DNA of 64,000 nt from Rotaria socialis (Eukaryota). Under the pieces are notes generated by a model. The model was not told the origin of the DNA, did not search any database, and saw nothing but the letters and a program-made list of their open reading frames with translations. This document shows, piece by piece, positions 1 through 13,000 of the stretch; the stretch's first letter is position 1, and each line of letters opens with the position of its first letter. Where the stretch lies: NCBI GenBank assembly GCA_905331295.1, contig CAJNYD010000589.1, positions 1 to 64,000 of the forward strand, written 5' to 3'. A program made the position numbers and the translations under genes.

Positions 1-1439
1 AAAATCATCGAGTCTTGCCAAACGATCACAAATTTTATCGTATTTTGACGAACAAATTAATGGTTTTAAATGCAAAATTTGCAATAAAGTAAACTAACTT
101 ATAAAGTCATGAAATATGGACATCTATGTTTGTGTAAATATGTATATAGATAGTCAGCGCTTTATGTTCATGTATAATATTTCGCTGATAGTTTTTATTT
201 TGACACGAAAATAATAATTCTAGCACATAATCCATAACACCAAAGCGTTCTCTTCGAAAAAAAATAAGTCTTCATTGATATTTCAGTTTTTTCTTTAGCA
301 TTTATAATATTTTCTTGAATGAAAAACCTTTTAACAGGTATTTTTTTATAGCTCAGTGAGCTAGATTCAAAGAAAAGTATATTTACACGCATACGCCTTC
401 GTCAGTATTAATGGTCACTATCTGAAGAAGATGATTTTGAATAGTCTCAAACTACACATTATAACGTCGACTATTTTTCTGTAGGTATTTTCTAAGCTTC
501 AAGATTTCGATCCTATAAAATTGAACTAATAGAAAAATCAATCGCAGATAAAAATTCATCTATGTTGTGATCTAGCTATGTATTTTCTGTAGAGAAATGT
601 TTCTCAATAAATCAGCGAATGAGACGCTACATTGCTATATTGACTAGTTCTAAAATATATTGTATAAGTGTTATTTAAAGGAAGAATATATTAAGCGATT
701 ATATGAAACTAATAAACGTAAGGTTCAATCATTCCATATATTCCCATAAAGATTCTTAGTTAAAATGTAGATTCAAAAGAAATTGAATTCTTATAGTGTT
801 TTCTGTTTACACTTCAACATTCTATAAAATAAAAATACTATACACTTCTTTTTATTGGCCATAATGAAAATGCCAACCAATAGATTTACGCTCAGAACTA
901 AATTTATATTTTAAGACTAAGACATGATTTCTCAAATGTGTAAAGATTTCTATCTTTATACACGGTATCTATTATATGTCAGTCATTCATATAGAAGTAT
1001 GCGTGAATCATATACGTCTTTTCAAATACAAAAAAAAAGGAAAATAATTTCATTTGAGTATGTAAGCGTTACATTTCAAAAATTGACTACTGAACGATTA
1101 TAATTCTTCTCTGATGACAATTCAATTGTTCATTGAAATTCAAAAATAAGCAAATTAGTGAATAGGTTTATATAATTTTCGATATTCATAATGAATTTAA
1201 GTTAATGTTAGAAATGACTTGACAATCGATGATTAAAACTGCATTTCTACATGATGTGAAATCAGCATGTACGAAAACTCAATTGATGCCNNNNNNNNNN
1301 AGGAGAAAATATTAGAGGAGAAATGTGTGAGATAAAACTGTTCTTAACTACCATATTTGATTTTTATATACGAAAACGTCAGGGATTGTTAGAGATGAAT
1401 CATATCAGGTTGACTTGTAAATAATACTTTTTTTTCTAG

Positions 1440-4400
1440 GTTTACAAGGCTACCAAGCTTAGTGATTCGAATCTTAGAAAGCATTTATCTTCATCATGTC
1501 ATAAAATTCCGAACGTTTTATTCAAATCTCAAACTTATGATAATTCAAAACCTAATTTAACTACAATATCTTCTGAACGTAGAAAAGATTTAAATGATTC
1601 CATTATCGATGCTGTTGTTCAAGATGGTCTTGCCTTCGATACGTTCAGGCGGCCTGGAATGGCTAAATTTTTGTCTGTTGCCATTCCAGGTTATGTGGCG
1701 CCTCATCGAAAAACTATTCGTAGGCGAATAGCTACATTATATTCTCTCCATACGAAAAAACTTCGTGATTTAGTACCTCGACTTGGCTTTTTATCGTTAA
1801 CATCGGATATATGGAAAAATTCACGACAAGTACATTTTATTGCCCTTACTGCTCATGCATTTACCAGTAATTATGAACATGTGCCAATAGTAATCGGTTG
1901 TAGACGAATACTTGGACAACATACATCAGTTTCAATCGAACGTTATATTAAATATGAACTTGATCGTATTGGCATAAAACCAAGTCAAGTTGTCAGCATC
2001 ACTACCGACAACGGTAGTAATATTAAAAAAGTTGCAGCAACACTTAAATTTGGTGCTCCAATCAGCTGTATGGCACATAATCTAAACTTGGTAGTGCATA
2101 AAGGCCTTTGCCTCTGGATTCAACCAAAAGCAGAAGAGTGAGTATATTTTTGGGAGTGTTGAACAGAGAAAAATCTTTTTCAAGAATACTCAGTAATTGT
2201 CTATCAGATGGATAGTATAACATGAAAATATCTTTCATTTAATTAATAGAAAAAAATTAAAAAAGATTTTAATTACGTTTGTTAGTGTTTCTTTTTTTGA
2301 TTCGTTTAACACTTTTTTCACTAACTGCTTTCATAATTCTGTCTACTATTTCTTCATTTTCATGACTGGTAATCATTTGATCAACTATAAAAATTAAACA
2401 GTGCATGAATAATAAGGTGAAAGTCGATATAAACATACAGGTTCTATTGATTTGTCGACTTATTTTTACTAGTGACAACGTTACATAGAATCATCTATAT
2501 TACTTAAGCGATTCATGATCTTATACGAATTGTAAAGATCAAGACTACTAAGAGAATTTAAATTGTAACTTTATTTTTCAAAAACAACGGTTTCATTAGA
2601 AAATTTTAATAAAGTTCTACAATCAGCAAATCTATAGATGCGCGTTTTTCATAAAATAATACTTAGTTCTAGAATTCTATTTTAACGACTCTTTACCACA
2701 CTTCATTCTACTATCTGATAAATCTTAAACTAGTGAATACTTAAAATTTTTATGCAGTTTATACGGAATATTTTCATAAGTAATAGATTTATTTTTTTTC
2801 TAGTTTTCCACTTGATCTTGAACTTAGTTCAAATGAATGGGAAGATCTTGATCGAGAATCAGACAGCTTAGATGATATAGCTGAATGTGATCAATGTTCC
2901 ATTGAAGCTGCTTCTGATTTAGTAAGTGAAGAAGAAGAAGTAGAAAAAGCAGAACGTGATTTAGCTTATAATGATGATGATGATGATGATGATAACGATG
3001 TGGATAAAGAAGTCAACACCGAATCAGATGCTGAAGATGATATTGAACTTGAATTTGCTTCGCTTCAATTAAATAATAACAATTCGTCGTCGATAAATCA
3101 TTTCGAATTACTTAAAAATGTTTTTGAACTGATGAAAAAGTCAAGATTAATCATTAAATTTATGCGTAATCATACTATTACTAATGAATACATTCAAAAA
3201 TATATGATCTCAAGAAGTGATGGTAAAAAAACTGGTATACTTATTTTAGATATGATTATCCGTTGGAATAGCTCATTCCTTTTAATTGATCGATTGATTA
3301 ATCACAAAGATGTTTTAAATAGTATGTTTGCGTTTCCAAACAATATTACCGGATTAACTGAACAACAAATTAAAAAATTAAAGGATTTGATTCTTAATCA
3401 ACACGAATGGAATTTGTTAAATTGTTTAAAAAATGTTTTGAAACCATTTCTTCAAACTACAACGGCTCTTTCAGGTCAAAAATATCCAACAATGGCGTTA
3501 TCATTTTATGTTTTTCGCCTTTTATCACATTTTCTCGAATCCACTTCCGACGACGATTCCATTACTATTGCTTTAAAAGAAAGTCTTCTTTATTGGTTTA
3601 ATGTTCAATGCAAAGCTAAATTACCTTCTGGACAATTCGAAATCATGATGGTAAAAAAATTTTCTTCGTTTATCCTTGTATTATACTAATCGAAAAAGAG
3701 GCTATAGTTTAAAGTAATAAGACTAATTATCTTTTTAAAAAACAGGATATGATTATTAGAATACGCGGATCAAGAGATTCAGCGTTTATAGCAGTTACAG
3801 TTTATATGAGATACTTACAAAAGTATTAATATCAAGTAAGAGAAGTAAAGTTTTCTGCTTGAATAAAGATAAGTAAGAAAAATAGATCATTTTTTCTGAC
3901 GGTGGATTATCCAAAAAAAGTAAGTTAGTCAAAAAAATAATTATTAATGAACTTTATGAGCAGTATTAGAATAAAACATAATGAAGTATGACTTCGAATT
4001 GTAATTTAGCTCCAAAAGAACTGTCATGATAATTATTTTATGTTGCATTTAAGTCAACTGTAAAGAGCTATTCCCTTGTATTTTTTTCCGTCTATAATTA
4101 TTTAAATATTTAATTTGTTTTTCTAGGTCGCAGCATTTTTAGATCCTTCTATTTACCGAGTAATTAGTGATACTGATCGTAAAGCAGCAAAGAAAATCAT
4201 TTTCAAAAAGCTTGAGAAGTCAAATATTAACCATCTTACTTCATTATCATCATCAACAACAACAACGACGACAATCAGAGCTTCAAAATTAAGTCCACTT
4301 GAAAAATTGGCAGCTGTGTGTGGTCATACAATATCGTCCACAACAGTAACCGAAAAACTTATGACTTTGGATGAAGAAATAAGTAGTTACATTAAAGAAG

Positions 4401-4633
4401 CACTGTCTGCAGATGATTTTCAAGAATTTTGGACTTCTTACTGTACAAAATTACCACGTTTATCTAGCCTAGTACGACGTATAAATGTTATTCCAGCCAC
4501 GTCCGTTACTAGTGAAGCTCTATTTAGTGTGGCTAGTTTTCTTCATCGAAAGCAACGTGCATCACTCTCCTCTCGAACACTTCGCTATTTACTTGTGTTG
4601 AAAAATCGACAAGTTCTTGAAAAATTCGAGTAG
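1440..4633 (+). CDS. hAT-superfamily (BED zinc finger) transposase, intron-containing, 5'-partial; exons 1440-2137, 2804-3650, 4127-4633
   Basis: Phase-compatible GT-AG junctions join three ORFs into about 683 uninterrupted codons. Motifs: second half of the BED finger (SNLRKHL..H), LTSDIW (D1), TTDNGSN (D2), CMAH (CxxH), RWNS, AAFLDP and the C-terminal dimerisation motif IPATSVTSEALFS (E). An acceptor precedes 1440; the first exon was not found (N-gap upstream). Confidence 0.9.
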
Positions 4634-5782
4634 CAATTTTCATGTTTTTCTTTTTTTTCTACTTATAGTCTCTATTGTGTTGTTGTTATGAACTTTTACT
4701 TTTGTGTCATATGTCACTGCCCCAAATACTAACTTGTTTTTCATGTTGTTTTATTAAATGAAAGTTTTTTTTTTGTACTTCGATGAATTCACTTGTTCTT
4801 CTTGGTTGATTTTCGTCTAGTTTTTTACTTAAAATTTCTAATAGTAATATTGAGCTTGTGCAGAAGAAAATGTATAAATGGAATATTAGAGTTTTTTTTA
4901 TATACGTGCACACAGATGACTTTTTTATTTCTTAATTTTTATTTAATTTTACTGTGGATAAGATAGTGGCAGTCTAGTTAGTTTTTGGTAAAGTTCTTCA
5001 TCATCTGCAGTACTATTAAATGAAAAAAAAGAAATAAAAAAGTCAACTATGTGTACATGTATAAAAAGAAATTTAATATTCCATTTGTACATTTTCTTCT
5101 GAACAAGAGCGGTATTACTATCTGAGGTTCTAAGTAAAAAAGTAAACGCTATAATCATGCAGAGGCAACTAATCCATCGAAATATATTTCTTGACAATAA
5201 CTATGTTTTTTCGTGTCGTTTTGTTAAACTTATTATGTATTATAAGTATTTCTCGTTTTTCTTGTTGATTGTTATACATATGTTCTATTATGTCGTTTGA
5301 TACTGTATGAAATTATGTATTTTTGTTGAAAAATTTTACTATGGTATATTTTTGCTATATCTGATATTGTACTGCCGGTTTTGTGTAGTATTTCCTACTT
5401 TTAGTGCTGATTTTGCTTGTGATAAAATAAAGATTGTGAAATTGAAACTAATACCAGAATATTTAGGAAAAATCCTTAGCTCATATTGATCATCAGATCA
5501 AACGAACAACTAGGAGATATTGATCCTTTATAGGAGTTAATTCCAAATGAAGTCCAAAAACTATGAAGAACCAGACTTGTAAAAAAACTAACACGAACCA
5601 GAAGAATAGATCAACATACTATCTACTATCTACTGTGATTCTGAAGTGGCGATTGAAAAAAAGAAAAGAAAAAGAAAAGTTGTTTTGATAGCTCAAAAAA
5701 ACACTGCGTTATGGAATAATCAGATGATTTTAGATGTGAACATCACTTCTGTGATGGTGCTTTGTCATTATTTTCATATAAA

Positions 5783-6099
5783 ATTTTTTTATTTACTTTT
5801 CTAAAAGTAAATAAAAAATAATTTACTTACTTTCTAAAAGTAAATAGTAAATAGTTTATTTACTTTGCAGAAGTAAATAATAAATAGTTTATTTACTTTA
5901 CAAAAGTAAATAATAAGTATTTTATTTACCTTTATAAAAGTAACTAGTAAATAAATTATTTACTTTACAAAAGTAAATAGTAAATATTTTATTTACTTTA
6001 CTTTTGTAAAGTAAATAGTAAATATTTTATTTACTTTTGTAAAGTAAATAGTAAATATTTTATTTACTTTTGTAAAGTAAATATAAAGTACCACCCCTA
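5783..6099. repeat. hAT right end: subterminal (TTTACTTT/AAAGTAAATA)n array and terminal inverted repeat ending ...GTACCACCCCTA
   Basis: A dense array of short inverted motifs ends in CCACCCCTA (TAGGGGTGG on minus), typical of hAT termini, 1.5 kb downstream of the transposase. The left TIR was not seen. Confidence 0.75.
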
Positions 6100-7915
6100 G
6101 TCTGAATAAGATCAAATTGTTGGTTTTGATAGAATTTCAATTCTTACTGATTAAAAAATATTATAAATCTATAACTTGTCCAAACATGAGAATTTACACT
6201 TTCGGAGATATTTTTTAAAAGATGACCAAAAAGTTGAGTAATAAGTATGATTTTTCAATTAATAATGTCTTTTTTAACCTGACAACTCATGGTTAAGCAT
6301 TATCAATCATGATGTATACTAATGGAATTCTCCGTGTAACGCCTCAATTTCTCGTCAGCTTTCGAAAACTGTTTGTTTTTCGGGTTGAAGGAACTCAAAT
6401 CAGTTACTAAATGCAGTTTTCTGACGCTGTATATGGGCTTCATATTAATTTTGCACAGAACGCAATTTTAACATTGAAGAGTAAATTTAAACAGTACTAA
6501 CAGTCGCATTTTGTAATTCTTGATAGGGGAATCTCTTTAAATTTTTTAAATATATATAATTTGATAGAGAACTCAATTATTTACAAGATGGTCTATTTGA
6601 TTTTGGGTTTCTCGGCTTCACAAAACGTGTAAAATGTTAAATAGTTTCTAACTTATAGTACATTTTACACGGCCTCATCAAAATGTATCGATCTCTTACT
6701 TCCGTTGGACTATCAGCAAGAAAAGCATAAGTAACACATTTAAGAGCCACTGCATGTAAGCCATGACCGATTCGTATAGAAGCTGCTCAATCAATGTCGA
6801 CGGATTCGTCTCAATCCGATATATATGACAGAGGCACCATTTCTAGAAGTAGTGACACAAGCAGTTCTGAAATATATTGTTCCGTTCCTAAGATATTAAG
6901 AATTTTTTGAAGTCGCTACCGTCAAGAGTGTAGACTTTCATCAAAATGTTGCTGTTCTCATATTAAAGCGAAGAAACACCAGTGTGACTTTAAACTTCTA
7001 CTAGTAACACATCCCAACTAGATGTATTCATCACAGAAAAATACCTTTCAAATGTTGAACCATTGGTGGACTAATCGCTAGTACATGATACATGGTAAAA
7101 AGTAACCTTTTGCGGAATTTCCTCCTCATTTATCTCGTAAACCCAAGGGGGGAAACCAGATCGCGGGATTGTGAGATCGTATGGATTGCCACCGTATCCC
7201 GTATGCGAGAATATCATGAAAATAGGCAGGATCAGAAAATGAAATTCCATATTCATGAATCCAATTTTATTTTCTTGGATAAAAACGGCGATGTCAAAAT
7301 TACTGAGTATCACAGTTAGAAGTTCATTTATACCGTTGTATAAATCAATATTAATGCAACATCACTGAATTTGTCGTCAATCAAAGCTGTTACAGTTTTC
7401 TGATGTTGAAATATGTATTAAAAATAAGAGTTTTAAAACTATTGACGTATACTGTTGACAAACATACTGCTTACTTCATAAAGTACATGAATATTGCTCA
7501 GAACGCTACCCATAAAAAATGTACATTTGTTCGGTCTTTTATTATAGACATATTTCACCGGAAACAGATCCGTTTTTATTGAGCTGTTCATTGTTTACAT
7601 GCTTTAACTTGATATAATAATCGTAAAAAATGAGTTCATAAATACTAAAAAATGCACAGCGAAATGATCACTTTTGCAGTACTATATGAATATAGGTATT
7701 TCATGAAGAAATCGTGCTAGAAAATTTATATTTTGACTGTAGTAGAATTTAATAGAGAACGTTCCGGGACGAAAATGTAATGCTCTAAATACTTGAAAAC
7801 ATTATAATGTCAAGAACTGATTTCACAAAAAGCTTGTTAGCGCAGCCCCTTTGGGGCTAAAATGTGGAACTCACATATATCCCGTTGGCTTACTAAAATA
7901 AATCAAAATAGTTCA

Positions 7916-8186
7916 TGTTAGGATTTTTTATCTTCTTTTATTTTATTGAAATAAATATCATAACATGAACAAAAAACGAGATAACTAAGGAAACAGTTAC
8001 GATGATCAGCGGTATAACGATTGCCAACGATCCGACCAAAACAAACTAAACAAGATCATCACTCAACACCATCCATCGATCCCAAAAACATCGATCGATT
8101 AGAAACCAACCAAAACAACAACGGAGAAAAAACTATAACAGGATAAATTGAAGGTATGTTGGGACGACAGATGTCGTCCCATAACA
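7916..8186 (-). repeat. 3' LTR (271 bp)
   Basis: Direct repeat of 15259-15529, identical by eye, with TGTTA...TAACA ends. Confidence 0.97.
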
Positions 8187-8195
8187 TTTCTCCCC
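8187..8195 (-). promoter_or_regulatory. Polypurine tract (GGGGAGAAA)
   Basis: Purine run immediately upstream of the 3' LTR on the minus strand. Confidence 0.85.
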
Positions 8196-8276
8196 ACACT
8201 AAAACAGAAGTGTCCTCGCACACCTTCTATTGGTGTGTTATATAGACAAATAGACAATTTTTTTTTATAGAACATT

Positions 8277-9851
8277 TTATTTTCTTCGGATATTGTCGGG
8301 AATGTAATGTAAATGTGATGATGCATAATTCAGTTCCCGAATGTAATGTTCATTGGTGAAATACTCTCGATTAAGCATATGTTCGTATTTTAATTTATCT
8401 TCGTAAGAACGTAGACCAATATGCGATTGATAATGGCGGCGGATGTGATAATGGCGATGTCTTATATCAAGGTGATTCAATATGTTTTCAATTTCTCGAA
8501 TTGTAAAACACCGATATATAGTACGAATGACGTCAAAATCATGTCTATGTGCATGTATTATTGTATTTATTTTTCGACAACGTCTTCGAATCGCTTCACG
8601 TGAGCGTTTTTTTCCGTGTTCAATATTTAATATGTGACTTATTTTAGTTCCAGGTTCATGATTCATAATATTATAAATTGGAACAACAACAGGATTTATT
8701 ATATTATTGATATCATCATCGGAAATAGGCTCGTAATCCTCGATTATGTAAGTATAATCATTGTTATTCTTTATCTGTTGTGACAAAATAATTTTATTAG
8801 ATGAAGATTGTTGTATAGAGCAATATTTATTTTCGTGAGCATCACTGTAATTGGTACGAATAGATTTTGTAGACGAATATTTTTCGAGTAAAGCTCTAGA
8901 CCATCTTTGTCGAACGGCAATAGCGATTTTAGTAGCTGAAAGGCAGTCACGCGCGGCATATTGGATCAGTTGATCATCGCCAGCTGGTTGCATTATTTCT
9001 TCGGCACCATATTTACAAGTTGGTACCTTTTGAGAAATATGGGAACTGAATAAGGAATCTATACCCACATCACCAGAATTTAACTTATGTTGTTTGTCTA
9101 AGAATTCTTGAGAAGTATAGGCAATAGCCGTTTCCAAAGACCAAGTTACATTTGGATTCTTATACGGTCGGTGAAGACAGATGCATGTCGTATAATCATA
9201 CTGTTCACTTAATGAAGAAAGATTCATATCAGAAGAGTTTGGATGAAGTGAGATGGAATCGTCCTCTACACATGAATAGTTTGATGGAAAGCAATCCTCT
9301 AAATGAGGATTTATCATGTTGTACCATTCTTTAAATAGTTGTTGAATGTCAAATGATTGAATATGTTGAATATGTGACACGGAGAATAAATGAAATTCAA
9401 CCAATTTAGATAATTCATTCTGTGCATCGCCCCACATTTGTATTTCTTTTGTTCGCTCAAGAACAATAGAGAATCGGGGAAAAAATTTCTAAAATAAATG
9501 AGAATCTTGTTTAGGTAAACTACAACATTCAAATAACATTAAAATAGACACATTGTGAACGCTGCCAATTTGAATTAAGGCTCGCATCTTCGATACATTA
9601 TTGTTGTTAGTATTTATGCTAAACACTTTCGATTGCGTAGCATTTTCAATTAAATAATCTATAGTGGGTTCGGATGTTGTATGATTAATGAAGTAGATAG
9701 AAAATGAAGTTAATGGTTGAAGCATTGGATAAACATTAACTTTAATATTATTCTGTATTGTAGAGATTACACATTGATGAATATATTTTTCCTTGTTTGC
9801 ACTATCTAAGGTATGGAAGTTTGATGAATGTTTGTTAACATTTTGAGCCAT
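8277..9851 (-). pseudogene. LTR element ORF3: DEDDy/RNase D-like 3'-5' exonuclease domain plus basic C-terminal domain; in-frame TAG at 9489-9491
   Basis: ORFs 9489-9851 and 8277-9437 share a frame. Motifs: FSINTN (ExoI position, normally DxE), LIQI, WG, FDIQ, WSLE and LIQYAARDC (ExoIII YxxxD). The C-terminus is R/H-rich. Confidence 0.8.
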
Positions 9852-10096
9852 CTAAAATTAGATATGTTTTAGAATTGGTCCTGCCCAGTATATTGATAGT
9901 CTAATGTGTAATTATGAAATAATAATATTTATTTATTTTTTGTTTAATTTAGATATAATACTATGTAATTTATATGTAATGCCAAGCCACGAAAATATGA
10001 AAATATTTACAATGATTAATAATTATCGGTATTTCATTAAATTATTGTATCTCGATCGACTTGGCATGTATGATTAAATATTATTGATAATGATAT

Positions 10097-13000
10097 TTAT
10101 TTTTTTTCTAACGGTATAATTGAATCTACCGTTATCTGTTTTTTTAGGTGTCTATGTTTTACGTGTTGTACGATATATGTCTTCGAAGCGAGTTTCCTGA
10201 TGATTCGATATGGTCCTTCATATCGTATGTCAAATTTGTGACGAGTATGTATATTCTTTATCAATGCTATATCTTCGATTTTGTAATCAGGATTTGATCG
10301 ATTTGAATTATATCGTATTTTATATTTTGTTTGTTGATTTAGGATGTGATCTCTTGCATTGTTGGTAATCATAGACAAATATTTATTCAACTCATGCACA
10401 TATGTTGTTTCCGAAGGTAGCGATACCATTCCATTATGATAATCAAATGGCAGTAAAGGTGAGCGCCCGTACATCATGTTAAATGGAATGTTATTTGATG
10501 TAGCATGAATAGTAGTATTGTAGTTAAAAGTAACAAAAGGTAGTTTCTCATTCCAATCACTACGTCGATCGTTACTCAATGCTGCGATTTTTGCATCCAT
10601 CGTAGCGTTATAACGTTCGATTTGACCGTTAGTAGATGGATGGTAAGAAGTTGCAAATATATGTTTTACGCCTAGTTGTTTAAAAATTTCAGCCATAATC
10701 GCAGCCGTAAAGTGCGTGCCTCGATCAGTGAGAATCGCGCAAGGTGTACCATATTTGAGGATAACATCATGAATCACGACCTTACTAGCAGTGAGAGCGG
10801 TACAATCTCGAACCGCCTTTGTAATAACATATTTAGATAGAATATCGGTTATCGATATGATATACTTGTGACCCTCTCGACTGGATGGTACGATTGGTCC
10901 ATGAAAATCCATAGCCACCAATTGCCAAACACCTTCCGGTGGTGTTATTGGCTTTAATAAACCCGGACTTTTCTTGCGCTGATGATTATTTTGTAAACAC
11001 GGAATGCATGATCGTATATGAAGACGAATATCTCTTGTTATTGAAGGCCAATAGAAACGTTCTTGAATTTTCCTCGTAGTTTTAAATCTGCCAAAATGAG
11101 TGCCATTAGCAGGTGTATCGTGATATATTCTAATGATATTAACACGAAGCTTATGATCTGAAATATATGGAACAGGTGATAGAGAATATGTTTGTTGACG
11201 CATCAACATGCCGTTATCGACGAAATACTTTTTATACTTATCAATATTTTGTATTATATGTTGCACACTCACATCCAATCTTTGTTGGCTTACAATATCA
11301 TCCAACGTGAATGAAGGAATTGGATCAGTATGTGGTATGGATGGCAATTGAGTGGAAGGATGAGACAGCTCCGCATTATCACGGGCGTCCCTATATTTTT
11401 GTATATTCTTATTAGTATGGTGTTTTTTACTTGTTCGAGTGAATATCCGAGTCGATGAACCATCCTTATTACCCAATGAATTTATCCGTGCTGTTGTAGC
11501 TCTAGTAGTAACAGCATTAGTCGTTATGGTAGGACGTAGATGGTCTGTTTGTGTAGATTTAGATAGTTGTGTAGGGAAATCATCAATATCCTCTTGATAA
11601 TTTCCAATTGGAGATCGTGATAGATAGTCAGCCATTGTATTTTCGTTACCTCTTATATGTTTTATTTTAAAACGATATTGTTGTAATTTTAGTCTCCATC
11701 GTTCACACTTGGCATTATGCTGCGCTTGGATGTTCAGTTGCAACAATGGTTTATGGTCCGTTTCTAATATGAATTCTTGTCCGTCGAGGTATTTATGCCA
11801 TTTTTCGATTGACGACAGAATTGCAAAACATTCCTTCTCAGTTGTAGACCATCTTTTTTGTGTCGGAGAAAATTTTTGTGAGTAGTAAACAAGAGGAAGA
11901 CCACCAATAGGATATGTCTGTAACAAAACTGTTCCTATACCATCATCAGGAGCATCAGTTTGCAATTTAAATTCTAAATTATTATTTGGAATACGAAGAA
12001 TAAGATCTGTAGTATGAATTCTCTTTAATTCGTTAAATGCTTTCCGATCCTCTTCTGATAAAGTAATCTTCTGAGAAGATGGTCGTTTACCTTGTTGTTT
12101 CGTCCGTGGTGCATATTTGTAAAGTGGAAGTGCGATTAGAGAAAATTCACGAATAAATTTCCGATAGTATTCAGCAGCTTTACCGAATCTGAATGCTTCT
12201 TTAGCCGTATTTGGTTCATTAGTGGCAAGAAGAGCTTGAATTTTTTCATGATCTGGTTTGATATTACCGTGATCTATTTGATGACCTAAAAATTTAATTG
12301 TCGATTGCGCTATTTTGCATTTGTCGATATTTAAAGGAAAGTTCGCTGTATTCAGACGAATTAAAATGTCATCAAGATGTTCCAAATGTTCATTGAATGA
12401 TGATGAATATATAATGACATCATCGAGATAAACTAAACTATATTTCCACCTCGAATTACCTAGAATATTATTAACGATACGTTGGAACGTAGGCGGGCCG
12501 TTTGTGATGCCTTGAGGTAGAACTGTAAATTGATATCGACTGTCTCGTGTTGAGAAAGCAGTCTTTGAACGATCTCGTTTATCAAGCGGTACTTGGAAGT
12601 AACCAGATTTAAAGTCAAGTGTAGTGAAAAAATGCGAGTCTGAGAGTTGATCAAATATATCATCAATGCGAGGTAATGGAAAATGATCTCGTATTGCTAT
12701 TGCGTTTAGTTTTGTGAAATCTACACAAAATCTATGAGTGCCATCCTTCTTTTTTACTAGAACTACTGGTGATGACCAAGGCGATATAGATGGTCCAATA
12801 ATTCCTTGTTTAAGAAGTTTTTGAGTCTCTGTATTAAGTAGTTCTTCTGCTTGATTCGATTGTCGATAAGGTGGTGTATACATAGGTTTATGATGACCAG
12901 TATCGATTGCATGTTTTAATGTAGTTTGTATAACCGATGGAGTACGTAGGTCGAAAAGTTTCCCATGTCTCCATAAGACACGTTTTAGGCTATTCAGATG

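Noticed and set aside
1..1300. First exon and left TIR of the hAT element
   Set aside because: No TAGGGGTGG TIR or CxxC exon was found, and the N-gap makes contiguity uncertain.
4707..5489. Short hydrophobic ORFs downstream of the hAT transposase
   Set aside because: Low-complexity AT-rich sequence overlapping an inverted repeat, with no motifs.
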